Source: Bdellovibrionales bacterium (lineage in GTDB: Bacteria; Bdellovibrionota; Bdellovibrionia; Bdellovibrionales; UBA1609). From it: DNA of 64,000 bases. A program made the translations under genes and the position numbers. Under the pieces are notes generated by a model. The model was not told the DNA's origin. It was given only the letters and a program-made list of their open reading frames with translations, and did not search any database. The stretch spans positions 9,970-73,969 of the forward strand of contig JBOEFV010000048.1 in NCBI GenBank assembly GCA_050633065.1. The letters run 5' to 3'. Shown here in pieces: positions 52,396 through 61,392 of this stretch (position 1 is the stretch's first letter; each line of letters begins with the position of its first letter).

Positions 52396-53178
52396 TTATT
52401 TTTTAGCGCTTAGGTGTCTATCGATAACCTCTTTGAATTTTTCAACAGGATATGCACCTTTTAAGAAAACGCCGTTAACAACAAAAGCAGGAGTTCCGTT
52501 GATTTGGTATTTTTGAGCTTCTTTTCTATCTGCAGCAAGTCTTGCCTGGACTTCATCGTTCTTCGTATTAGCAAAAACCTTTGCAGCGTCACCACCCATA
52601 ATGTCTTTTACGATTTTCTTAAGGTACGTCGGCCCGCCATTTCTTAAAGCCCCCTGATCTTCAAAGATTTTATCATGAAATGCATAAGCTTTTTCCTTAT
52701 CCATCATAGCAATCGCTTCAAATACTTCTGCAGCAGGAAGAGACATTGGAGCACCTGTTACAGGTAAATGCTTATACATGAATCTGATCTTACCCTTATA
52801 CTCTTTTTCCATAAGTTGCTTAAGAGTGTTAAAGCCTTTTCCACAGTAACCACACTGAAAATCAGAGTATTCAACAATTGTGATCGGAGCTGACGTTGGA
52901 CCAACTAAAGCTCTTTTTTGATCTATCTCAGGCTTTGCAGGATTTGCAAACTGATCTTCCATTTCTTTTTGAGCATCTTTATCTGCGTTAGCACGCTTTT
53001 GATCTTGAGCGGCTCTGGCAGCCTCATTTAAAGCCTCCATAAACTTTGCAGGATTTTCCTTCATTGCATTAATAACAATGTCTGGATTCTTTTTGATTGT
53101 GTCTTCAACAATCTTTGAACACCCAAACAGCCCCAGAACTGATACAGCAAGTACAGCTTTAAATATAGATTTCTTCAT
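52396..53178 (-). CDS. DsbA-family thiol:disulfide oxidoreductase lipoprotein
   Basis: Lipobox VLGLFGCS. Thioredoxin-fold active site FQCGYC. INGTPAFVVNG (cis-Pro region). Confidence 0.8.
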   Translation of the reverse strand: MKKSIFKAVLAVSVLGLFGCSKIVEDTIKKNPDIVINAMKENPAKFMEALNEAARAAQDQKRANADKDAQKEMEDQFANPAKPEIDQKRALVGPTSAPITIVEYSDFQCGYCGKGFNTLKQLMEKEYKGKIRFMYKHLPVTGAPMSLPAAEVFEAIAMMDKEKAYAFHDKIFEDQGALRNGGPTYLKKIVKDIMGGDAAKVFANTKNDEVQARLAADRKEAQKYQINGTPAFVVNGVFLKGAYPVEKFKEVIDRHLSAKK

Positions 53179-53297
53179 TATAATCTCTCCCGTTAATGAT
53201 TAAATTTTCTAAAATAATGAAACTAAATTTTCGCTTCTTTTTTTTTATCTGTCCACTTACTTGACTCATTGGTGCCATCTTTAGGAAAATAAAGACT

Positions 53298-53942
53298 ATG
53301 AGAAAAATAATTAGACAGTTTCCAATAATATTTGTTTCACTTTTATACACAACCTCGACTTTGGCCGTAAGCTACAACTATACAACGCTGATCTTCAAAG
53401 ACTATCCCGACCTAAAACCACTTGTGAGTAACGCTCTTAGAGAAAGCCGACGCTTTAAATATCCTCAAGATGGAAACAAGGCTGTTTTTCCATTAAAAAA
53501 ATCACTTAAAATGATTCTGTCCCGCCCCGACAGTGACAATCTTGTAGTAAAATTAAGCCCTGAGCTTGTTCAAGACTTAGAGTCTATGGGCGTTCTTACA
53601 AATGTCATTGATGACCTGATTGCTGAAGGGCAAGAAGAGGTGATGAACAAAGCTCTTCACCCAAAAGTACGAGCAACCTCTTTAATTATGCTAAACAACC
53701 TTCTTCTTCTCATTAGGCCGCGAACGCTAGATGAAATTCCACTAGCAACAAGCGTCTGCACTCTTGCTGATAAAGATTTAAAAATACCAAAAGAGGTTTT
53801 AAAAAATACAGAACTTACAACTATGTTAAAAGAAGGCTCTCCAACAAATTTGGCAAAAAAAATCATGCTTTGGTACGCAAAGCAGAAGAACAAAGAGGTT
53901 CAAACTTCTAAGAAAGGCTGCCCTTTTTCAAAAAGGGCTTAA
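53298..53942 (+). CDS. Secreted hypothetical protein
   Basis: Signal-like N-terminus MRKIIRQFPIIFVSLLYTTSTLA. No family recognised. Confidence 0.45.
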   Translation: MRKIIRQFPIIFVSLLYTTSTLAVSYNYTTLIFKDYPDLKPLVSNALRESRRFKYPQDGNKAVFPLKKSLKMILSRPDSDNLVVKLSPELVQDLESMGVLTNVIDDLIAEGQEEVMNKALHPKVRATSLIMLNNLLLLIRPRTLDEIPLATSVCTLADKDLKIPKEVLKNTELTTMLKEGSPTNLAKKIMLWYAKQKNKEVQTSKKGCPFSKRA

Positions 53943-53944
53943 GC

Positions 53945-54433
53945 CTACCAGAGCAAGCCTCTTTTTCTTTTATAAAAGAAGTAATCAACGCCGCCCACAC
54001 GGCCAGATCCAAACACCATTAAAGCAACAAGTATCATTGTAATGGGTAAAAGCTGCATCTGCTCTGCCGGGCTTGAAATAAAAGACATCATATATAAATA
54101 AAGCATTGCTATAATAGCTCCCGGTCGATTTAAAAACCCTATCAAGAACAAGACTCCAAAAGACCACTCTAGATTAGTAAAAAGTCCCGCCCAAACAGCC
54201 CAGCTCTCTTGTACATAGTCCACAAAAAACACCTGGATCCATGCTGGCGGCCCTGTTGAGTACAAAAATTCATCAATCCGGGCTGACAACTTTGGTTTGC
54301 CCAAAAAATCCATACCTAGTTTTTCTGAATAACGCGAAAAAAAGAAAAAGCTTATATAAAGCCTTAGAATCAACACCGGCCATAAATGATTTATATACCG
54401 CAAGCTCTCAATCTGATCTTTTAATAATTTCAT
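53945..54433 (-). CDS. Small polytopic membrane protein, possibly DoxX-like
   Basis: Four hydrophobic segments. The ..LILRLYISFFFF.. beginning resembles DoxX family proteins, but the call is weak. Confidence 0.4.
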   Translation of the reverse strand: MKLLKDQIESLRYINHLWPVLILRLYISFFFFSRYSEKLGMDFLGKPKLSARIDEFLYSTGPPAWIQVFFVDYVQESWAVWAGLFTNLEWSFGVLFLIGFLNRPGAIIAMLYLYMMSFISSPAEQMQLLPITMILVALMVFGSGRVGGVDYFFYKRKRGLLW

Positions 54434-54439
54434 TACTGT

Positions 54440-55093
54440 CTACCTCAATGAATTATAATAATAACACTTTCTCTTAAAGGCACAATCTCCACAATGGGGA
54501 TTAACAGCTCTACAGACCTTCCGTCCATGAAAAATCATCCAGTGCGCAAACTGAACCCAGTGCTTTTTAGGTAAAATTTGCATCAACTCTCTTTCCACAA
54601 CCACCGGGTTTTCACTTTCTGTAAGCCCAAGCCTCTTAGAAAGCCTTTTAACATGAGTGTCTACCACTACCCCTTCTGGCTTATTAAAAATTTCACCTAA
54701 AACAACGTTGGCCGTTTTCCTACCAACGCCTGGAAACTCTATCAACTGCTCAAGTTTATCAGGAACCTCGCCATCATACTCACTCATAAGCTTTCTACAC
54801 AAAGCCCCTACATTTTTTGCTTTGCTTCGAAAAAGGCCTATTGATTTAATTTCAGCCTCAATCTCTGGCTGACTAAGCTTGGCCACTTCTTCTGGAAGTT
54901 TGTATTTTTTAAAAAAGCCTTTTGTTACTCTATTCACCATCACATCTGTGCATTGAGCACTTAAGACTGTAGCCACCAAAAGTTCTGCCGGAGTCGAGTA
55001 CACAAGCTCACAATAAGCATCCGGATAAAGTTTTTTTAACTTATCAACTACATACTTAGTCTGTTTTTTCAGCTCTTGATTCTCCGACATCAA
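54440..55093 (-). CDS. nth: Endonuclease III
   Basis: HhH-GPD region LIEFPGVGRKTANVVL, catalytic VDTHV, and the C-terminal 4Fe-4S cluster motif C......C..C.....C. Confidence 0.93.
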   Translation of the reverse strand: MMSENQELKKQTKYVVDKLKKLYPDAYCELVYSTPAELLVATVLSAQCTDVMVNRVTKGFFKKYKLPEEVAKLSQPEIEAEIKSIGLFRSKAKNVGALCRKLMSEYDGEVPDKLEQLIEFPGVGRKTANVVLGEIFNKPEGVVVDTHVKRLSKRLGLTESENPVVVERELMQILPKKHWVQFAHWMIFHGRKVCRAVNPHCGDCAFKRKCYYYNSLR

Positions 55094-55177
55094 GAAACCC
55101 TAACACTTTTGTTAGACAAATCACTCTTGCACGCGTTATCTTAAATTAAATCAATCCTATTTATAAAGGCTCACTAT

Positions 55178-55834
55178 ATGAAAAAAATTGCTGTGATATT
55201 GTCTGGTTGTGGATACCTTGATGGCTCCGAAGTTACTGAAGCCACCTCTCTCTTCATCGAGTTCAGTCGCAATGATATTTCTTATGACGTTTACGCCCCA
55301 AACCAGAGCGCAAGACCTACTCCGCATTTTGATGGAGGCCTTTTAGAACCAGCCCCAAGAAACTGCATGGAGGAGTCTGCAAGAATCACAAGGGGAAACA
55401 TTAGAGACTTAAATGAACTCAACCCTTCAAGGTATGATGGCCTAGCTCTTCCTGGAGGCTACGGTGTAGCAAAAAATCTTTCAACATGGGCTATGGATGG
55501 GCACAAATGCTCTGTAAACAGAAAGTTTAAAGATGTTGTTTTAAACTTTTTCTCAAACTCAAAGCCTATTTTAGCAATCTGTATCAGCCCCGCTATTGTT
55601 GCCAAAATACTAAGTGATGAAACAGAGCCCACTCTTACAATTGGTAACGACCCTGAAACCATTGCTGAGATAGAAAAAACTGGAGCTGAGCATGTTAAGT
55701 GCTCCGTAACTGACTTTGTAAGTGACCGTGAATCTAAAATCATCTCAACACCAGCATACATGTACAATGCAAAGCCTCATGAGGTTTTTGAGGGTATTCA
55801 AAAAGCCTCTGCTGAGTTTTTAGAGATGTGTTAA
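55178..55834 (+). CDS. elbB: ElbB-like DJ-1/PfpI-family protein
   Basis: MKKIAVILSGCGYLDGSEV.EA and ..ARITRG.IR..LPGG.G.AKNLS..ICI.PA...TIG....EH...TPAYM are collinear with E. coli ElbB as I recall it. Confidence 0.85.
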   Translation: MKKIAVILSGCGYLDGSEVTEATSLFIEFSRNDISYDVYAPNQSARPTPHFDGGLLEPAPRNCMEESARITRGNIRDLNELNPSRYDGLALPGGYGVAKNLSTWAMDGHKCSVNRKFKDVVLNFFSNSKPILAICISPAIVAKILSDETEPTLTIGNDPETIAEIEKTGAEHVKCSVTDFVSDRESKIISTPAYMYNAKPHEVFEGIQKASAEFLEMC

Positions 55835-55965
55835 CAAACGTCTCATTTTGCAACAGTACTGCAACATTTGAGTTTCTATTAAAGCCTACCGACAATGTAT
55901 ATAACTGAAACAGACTTTAGGCCATAAGGCCTTAGGCCTGGTTTCAAAACTAAAGGTTAGGTTTT

Positions 55966-56574
55966 ATGAAAAGTTACTCTAATACTATTTCACTTCTTGC
56001 TATGGGTCTTATTCTCGTTTTAGGATTTCAAAACTGTAGCGGTTCTCGTTTTAGTGATGGAGATTTAGTAGAAGACAGACTTTTAAGTAGCATTAAACCT
56101 GGAGACACTAAATACAAAGATGGCCTAAGCTTTGATTACTTGGCAAAGACTGACACAAACACAGTCTCAGAATATAAGGTGCAAAAAAAGGACAACAACG
56201 TCTATCTTGCACAAAGCGGAAATGACATAATCACTTGCTCTCTTCAAACACCAAATCCAATGGAAGAACTTATGCAAATCACTGAGGTTGCAAAGGTGAC
56301 ACATCCTGCACTCTTATCAAATCCTGAAGTTTGCAATCCTATTGATGGAAAGTTTATCCACTATAAAATCGGAGAGGTTTCTCCTATTTATTTAATCGCA
56401 AGCTCTGAAGAGGACTGTCTTTTAGATGACCCACAAAGGCTTCTTAATGAAAACAAAAGAGTTTTTGTAATAGACAACCTATCTTTTGAAGAGATTGAAT
56501 CTCTTGTAAATGAATCAAAGGCACTTTCAACAAATGCCTCATGTACTGTTAATCAATTAAATATTGAAGACTAA
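55966..56574 (+). CDS. Lipoprotein, no recognised family
   Basis: Lipobox LILVLGFQNCSG; 202 aa. Confidence 0.5.
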   Translation: MKSYSNTISLLAMGLILVLGFQNCSGSRFSDGDLVEDRLLSSIKPGDTKYKDGLSFDYLAKTDTNTVSEYKVQKKDNNVYLAQSGNDIITCSLQTPNPMEELMQITEVAKVTHPALLSNPEVCNPIDGKFIHYKIGEVSPIYLIASSEEDCLLDDPQRLLNENKRVFVIDNLSFEEIESLVNESKALSTNASCTVNQLNIED

Positions 56575-56579
56575 GAAAA

Positions 56580-57701
56580 CTACGACCACTTTTGGTTTTC
56601 TTTTCCGACCCATTTTCCTCTTGGGCGGTAGATTCTATTATTAGAATACTGCTCAAAAGCGTGCGCCAACCAACCAGAAGTACGTGACACTGCAAAAATT
56701 GGAGTGAATAAATCCATAGGAATTCCCATTGAGTAATAAACAGTAGCAGAATAAAAATCTACGTTTGGCAAAAGGCCTTTTTGTGAAACCACAGCGTTTT
56801 CAATAATATCAGAGATTTGATACCACTTTGAATTTCCCGTGCTTTCAGAAAGGCTCTTACTCATACTCTTTAAGATTTTCGCTCTTGGGTCACCATTTTT
56901 ATAAACCCTGTGCCCAAACCCCATGATCTTAACTTTGTTTGCTAAAGCATTTTCAACCCAAGCAGGAGCTTTCTCAGCATCGTTAATTTCAAAAAGCATA
57001 CGCATAACTTGCTCGTTAGCCCCACCATGTAAAGGGCCTTTTAAAGCACCTATACCTGAAGTGATTGCAGAGTAAATGTCACTTAAAGAAGACGCCGTAA
57101 CTCTTGTTGAAAAAGCTGAGCAGTTTAGCTCATGGTCTGCATGTAGTGTTAAACACATATCCATCACCTTAACAGCTTCAGCAGCAGGCTCTTCACCACC
57201 CATCATATACAAGAAGTTCCAAGCCATTGTTTTGCCTTTTTGAGGCTGAACAAAGTCTTTCCCCTCTCTTTTTCTATGAAAGAATGAAACCAATGTTGGC
57301 ATTTTAGCCATTAAGCGAACACCAACTCTTCTTTGATTCTCTTCTGATAAATCTTGAGATTGAGCATCCCAAAGGCTTAATGCTGAAACCGCAGATCTAA
57401 GCCACGCCATTGGGTGCACATCTTTAACTGGAAGAGTATGGAGAAATGAAAGAGTTTGCTCACTTAACTGAGCATTTTCTGAAAGTTCATTCATTAAAGA
57501 CGTAGACTGCTCAGCCGTTGGCTGCTCATTGTTCCATAAAAGCCAAATTATTTCTTCAAAGCTTGCGTTTGCAGCAAGTGACTCAATTGTGTGCCCTCTA
57601 TAGCACAAAGTAGCATCAACAATTGATGATACAGCCGTTGTACAAGCAACAACTCCCTCTAAACCTTTATCTAAAGCACCTTCATACACTTCTACAGCCA
57701 C
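56580..57701 (-). CDS. gltA: Citrate synthase (small, about 370-aa type; 2-methylcitrate synthase not excluded)
   Basis: LHADHELN, GPLHGGAN, GFGHRVYKNGDPRA and catalytic ..VDFYS... GTG start with AGAGGAG 8 nt upstream. Confidence 0.9.
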   Translation of the reverse strand: MAVEVYEGALDKGLEGVVACTTAVSSIVDATLCYRGHTIESLAANASFEEIIWLLWNNEQPTAEQSTSLMNELSENAQLSEQTLSFLHTLPVKDVHPMAWLRSAVSALSLWDAQSQDLSEENQRRVGVRLMAKMPTLVSFFHRKREGKDFVQPQKGKTMAWNFLYMMGGEEPAAEAVKVMDMCLTLHADHELNCSAFSTRVTASSLSDIYSAITSGIGALKGPLHGGANEQVMRMLFEINDAEKAPAWVENALANKVKIMGFGHRVYKNGDPRAKILKSMSKSLSESTGNSKWYQISDIIENAVVSQKGLLPNVDFYSATVYYSMGIPMDLFTPIFAVSRTSGWLAHAFEQYSNNRIYRPRGKWVGKENQKWS

Positions 57702-57714
57702 GCCAAATCTCCTC

Positions 57715-58581
57715 TTAAACTAATTTAATAATATTATTTTCCACTGAGACTACAATAAGTGAAACATCTTGCATAGGCCTGCGACCGCCTAAATGCTGGT
57801 CTAGCTTGTGGAAAATATCGTTTCTTAGATCATGAACTGATTGAGTTAGAGGCACTGATGACATCGCCTTTAAAATTGGCGTGGTTGAAAAGGCATTTCC
57901 CTTAGAGTCTGGTGCTGACACCATACCAGGAGAAGCAATCACAATCCGGTCATAAGGCTTGAGTTTTATAACAGTTTCAGTTGAAAGCTCCTTAAAGTCT
58001 ACAACTCCACCCGTTTCACCATCTTGAAGAAAACATGCAACTGTTCCGTGAACTTTGTATGTGAGCTCATAAGTTTTTTTATCAATTAGCATGCAAGCAA
58101 TTTGAATCTCACTCGGGTTTTCTTTCTTTGCCTCAATTTCTTCTAAAACTTTATCTATGAAATAGACTGGAGAAGGAGCTGTCCCATCTCCTAAATCTCT
58201 GCCGTGTTTTAATAAAAACGCAATCAGCAAAGCCGTAAGTGAAGGCCCTGTTGAAGAAGAGAGAATCAGATTAAATTTAAATCTGTCTTTTTGTTCAAAA
58301 ACATCCAAATAATCTCCGTTAAACCTCATTCCAGATAAAAACTTTGTGCTAAAATGAAAGCCCGAAATATGAGGGAACTGTGTTGGAACAAGGTACTTAA
58401 AGATACTACGGACTAGGCTTAAATCACCATCTAATCCCATTAGAATCTTTGAAACAGCCATATTTAGCCGCTCAATTTCATTCTTATATGTACTTAAATC
58501 CTGCTCCCTTTCTGAAAGCTCTTTCTTAACTTTACTTAACTCCTGCTCTAAAACTGCTACTTTTGTGTCGGAATCCATCAC
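57715..58581 (-). CDS. Coiled-coil plus SpoIIE/PP2C-like domain protein with degenerate catalytic motifs
   Basis: GDYLDVF parallels GGDFYDV. LILSSSTGPSLTALL stands in place of igDVSGHGxxAA. VIASPGMV stands in place of llyTDGl. QDVSLIVV stands in place of DDiTllvl. It lies 13 nt upstream of citrate synthase on the same strand. Confidence 0.55.
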   Translation of the reverse strand: MMDSDTKVAVLEQELSKVKKELSEREQDLSTYKNEIERLNMAVSKILMGLDGDLSLVRSIFKYLVPTQFPHISGFHFSTKFLSGMRFNGDYLDVFEQKDRFKFNLILSSSTGPSLTALLIAFLLKHGRDLGDGTAPSPVYFIDKVLEEIEAKKENPSEIQIACMLIDKKTYELTYKVHGTVACFLQDGETGGVVDFKELSTETVIKLKPYDRIVIASPGMVSAPDSKGNAFSTTPILKAMSSVPLTQSVHDLRNDIFHKLDQHLGGRRPMQDVSLIVVSVENNIIKLV

Positions 58582-58692
58582 TTACCCCTAAATTATTTTC
58601 AAAACCACTATACCCCTAATTGTAGATGCAGGGAACACGTCGTATCAATAAGGCAGGGGAAAATAGTTCTTACATCTGGGGGGATAGAGAAC

Positions 58693-59445
58693 ATGAACAT
58701 TAATGAACTTACTGAGAATCCTGCATTCTTGTTTAAAGAGTCTTTTGTATCTGAAGAGTTAGGCATAAATCCAACATGGGAAAAAGAAATTGAAGCTATT
58801 GTTTCTGTTTGTAGCAAAGAAGAATTTTCTACTGGAATTGAGCTGCTGCGCCTTATAGAGGCCGCTTCAAAAGCCACATTCATATCAAACGATAAGCACT
58901 TTGTAACTGCACTTTCAAATGACAAACCTATTTGCTCAGAGCTTCTCGGAGGCATACTGATGTGTCTTGTTTGGCTAAATACGAAAAAAACTTTTCCAAA
59001 GGTTATTCTTTCTTCAGGGCTTTATTTTTTCACAACACCTGAAGGGCAAATCACTCAAATAAACTCAAACAGAAAAGACACTCTACCGGCATCGCAAAAG
59101 TTTGATCTTTTCAATTCTGAAAAAACAGTTCAGTTTAACTTTGTAGATTTAGTGAAGCACTACTTTGAAGAGGTTTGCTCTGAATATATTAAGAATGAAA
59201 ACTATGACTCTTTAAAAAAGGCTCAGTCTTACATGATCACTTTCGATCCTCGCGAAATAAAGTGGTATGCAAGAAGGGGACTTTTACTAAAAAGACTTGG
59301 TGATTTTTCAGGAGCTCTTTCTGACTTAAAAAGATTCTTATCTTTTTGCACTTATGAAGACGCACCTGTTGCTGTTAAAAATGCGCTGATTGAACTAGAA
59401 GGGCTTAATGCCACTGACAACTTTAGTGAGTATTCTATTCACTAG
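58693..59445 (+). CDS. SirB1/YchA-like (transglutaminase-like plus TPR) protein
   Basis: The C-terminus DPREIKWYARRGLLLKRLGDFSGALSDLKRFLSFC..D parallels E. coli YchA ..DPYEIRDRGLIYAQLDCEHVALNDLSYFVEQCPED as I recall it. The size, about 250 aa, is similar. Confidence 0.5.
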   Translation: MNINELTENPAFLFKESFVSEELGINPTWEKEIEAIVSVCSKEEFSTGIELLRLIEAASKATFISNDKHFVTALSNDKPICSELLGGILMCLVWLNTKKTFPKVILSSGLYFFTTPEGQITQINSNRKDTLPASQKFDLFNSEKTVQFNFVDLVKHYFEEVCSEYIKNENYDSLKKAQSYMITFDPREIKWYARRGLLLKRLGDFSGALSDLKRFLSFCTYEDAPVAVKNALIELEGLNATDNFSEYSIH

Positions 59446-60193
59446 GGAGTTCGTCTAAACGATCCCGTCCTAAGTAATATAGTAACGGGCAAGCTTCATG
59501 ATCATCAAAACTAAACGGCAAAAGCTCTACAACCGCCTCATCAGAACTCAAGGCCTTTCCAACGTCCGCAAGGCTTTGAGCTTCATGTAGCCCTGGGCAT
59601 TTCATTTCAACAAGGTTCTCCCCTTTGATAGTTTGAAGCACTACCTCTGGGCGCCTTATAAAATCGTACTCCCACTCAAAAGCCCTTTGATATTCTGATT
59701 CTCCAGACTCCATAAAAAATAAAAAGTTTTCATCCTCTCCTAAGCTTAGCGGCTCTTCTTTCTCCCTTGTCATACCTAAAAAACTTTTTTCCACTACAGT
59801 TATGCAATTTGGAAAAACAACATCCTTCTCAGTATCACTTTTATGAGAAACTATTAATATAGATGGAATTGCCTGCTCTAATATTGCAAGCATATGTCTA
59901 GGCATCAAATGAATGGTTTCATAATAATCTGAAGTCATTTCCATGATGCTATAAGGACTCACTTCTTGAGCCTCAAAGGCTTTCGTTTTACACGAACCCT
60001 CTTCAAAATACTCATCAACCAAACCAAGGCTATGAAGAATTTCATGTGTCACTGTTGCGCAATCACTAATATCATCCTCATACCATTTGGTAACATATGA
60101 CCTGCCGTATCCATGAACACGCTCGATAGCTTCATGAGCCTCTGCTTCTGTTAGAGTTTCTATAACTTTAAACTCAAGGCCGTACTGACCCAT
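59435..60193 (-). CDS. Putative minimal metzincin/snapalysin-like zinc metallopeptidase with an unknown C-terminal domain
   Basis: THEILHSLGLVDEY fits HExxHxxGxxD. A possible Met-turn (SPYSIMEM) lies about 30 aa later. No signal peptide. An in-frame stop 16 codons upstream fixes the short N-terminus. Confidence 0.45.
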   Translation of the reverse strand: MGQYGLEFKVIETLTEAEAHEAIERVHGYGRSYVTKWYEDDISDCATVTHEILHSLGLVDEYFEEGSCKTKAFEAQEVSPYSIMEMTSDYYETIHLMPRHMLAILEQAIPSILIVSHKSDTEKDVVFPNCITVVEKSFLGMTREKEEPLSLGEDENFLFFMESGESEYQRAFEWEYDFIRRPEVVLQTIKGENLVEMKCPGLHEAQSLADVGKALSSDEAVVELLPFSFDDHEACPLLYYLGRDRLDELPSE

Positions 60194-60377
60194 AAAGTCT
60201 TCAGTTTCTCTTAGACATCTATTAACCTTAATGTAAAATGTTTAAATGCGTCTATTTCTTAGGCACTTAAGTGCTTAACCAGATCTATCTTTTAGGGTTC
60301 TGTTTGGCTTAATAAAACTTTACACTAACATTTTTTGAGGGTCTCAAGGCCAGTATTTTTAAACTATAACCGCCCCA

Positions 60378-61280
60378 ATGAACCTGTTAAAATCCCTCCT
60401 CTTTGCTCTTATCTTCTTTCCAATAGCATCTTTTGCTCAGCACCCTGACATAAGTAAATTCAATAGCCTCTTTAAAGGTCAGCTATATGCTGGTTTTGGC
60501 CTTGCCAGAGACCTTGTTTCTCATGTTTACCAAGGAAAACCCTTTAACCCTAGAGACTATGACTTTGCCGTAGTGGGAACTGGCTGGAGCGAAGAAAAAG
60601 CCGAACAAGTTTTATCTAGATATGGAACTATTGTTAGAAAGCTTAGAGTCGGCAAAGAGGTCCTTAAGCCAAGCGGACGTGTTTTTTCTTATGAATATGG
60701 CTTTGTTATCATTTTAGAGTATAAAGGTGAGCAGCTAGATTTTAAATTTTTTGACACCCTAGAAGACGCCCACATCAGAGGCCTGTATGATGTTGAAAAA
60801 ATTCTTTTCCCTTTAAACGAAAGGTCTATTGATCAACTCGTTGCCGACACTCACCAGATTAAAAGCCGCTCCAGGCTCCCTGAAGGGCGAGAGGTCTCAG
60901 ACCCACACAAAGGAATTGAATCTACCCTGGCAGAAAGGCCACTGACTGTAAACTGGGGAAGAGCCACTGCGGCCCCTATAGACTGGGCGGTTCGAGGCGC
61001 TATGATTTATGCCAAACTAGGCAAAAATGATTTCCCTCATGCCGAGAAACAAAAAATGATTCAAATGCTTCACTCCGTTCAATTTATGCTCCCCTCTGAT
61101 TACGCAATCATTAGACGAGCAATAAAGCACAAGAGCTCTTCTCGAGTGAAGGAACTCCTAGACAGCATAGGCTTCTTTGAGAAATATCAAAAATGGCGTT
61201 GGAATGAACCTATTTCCGGAGAAATTAAATCCTGGTTAGAGGGGCGCCTTAGCCCACTATACTGCAAAGGCCTTCTTTAA
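60378..61280 (+). CDS. Signal-peptide-bearing nucleotidyltransferase related to the CCA-adding enzyme / poly(A) polymerase head domain
   Basis: Signal peptide MNLLKSLLFALIFFPIASFA. LYAGFGLARDLV....PRDYDFAVVG parallels E. coli Cca YLVGGAVRDALLG..VKDRDWVVVG. DPHKGIESTLAERPL parallels DPYNGLGDLQNRLL. APIDWAVRGAMIYAKLG parallels EDPLRVLRVARFAARY. Confidence 0.55.
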   Translation: MNLLKSLLFALIFFPIASFAQHPDISKFNSLFKGQLYAGFGLARDLVSHVYQGKPFNPRDYDFAVVGTGWSEEKAEQVLSRYGTIVRKLRVGKEVLKPSGRVFSYEYGFVIILEYKGEQLDFKFFDTLEDAHIRGLYDVEKILFPLNERSIDQLVADTHQIKSRSRLPEGREVSDPHKGIESTLAERPLTVNWGRATAAPIDWAVRGAMIYAKLGKNDFPHAEKQKMIQMLHSVQFMLPSDYAIIRRAIKHKSSSRVKELLDSIGFFEKYQKWRWNEPISGEIKSWLEGRLSPLYCKGLL

Positions 61281-61392
61281 AATCTTTATTAAAACGCCTT
61301 TTTGCGCAGCCTGGTTGTAAACAATACAGCGCCCCTTTACCTTTAAAGTCTCCAACTTACTGTATTTATTGGCTTTTCTAATGTTAAAAAAA

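Noticed and set aside
53159-53350. 63-aa minus-strand ORF spanning the dsbA-like start and the next gene start
   Set aside because: It overlaps two better-supported genes and their intergenic promoter region, and its Ile/Phe/Lys-rich sequence is a product of AT-rich DNA.
58608-58955. 115-aa minus-strand ORF overlapping the start of the SirB1-like gene
   Set aside because: It has Ser-rich low complexity and no SD. It would have to start inside the opposing gene, and the + strand gene has a recognisable family pattern.
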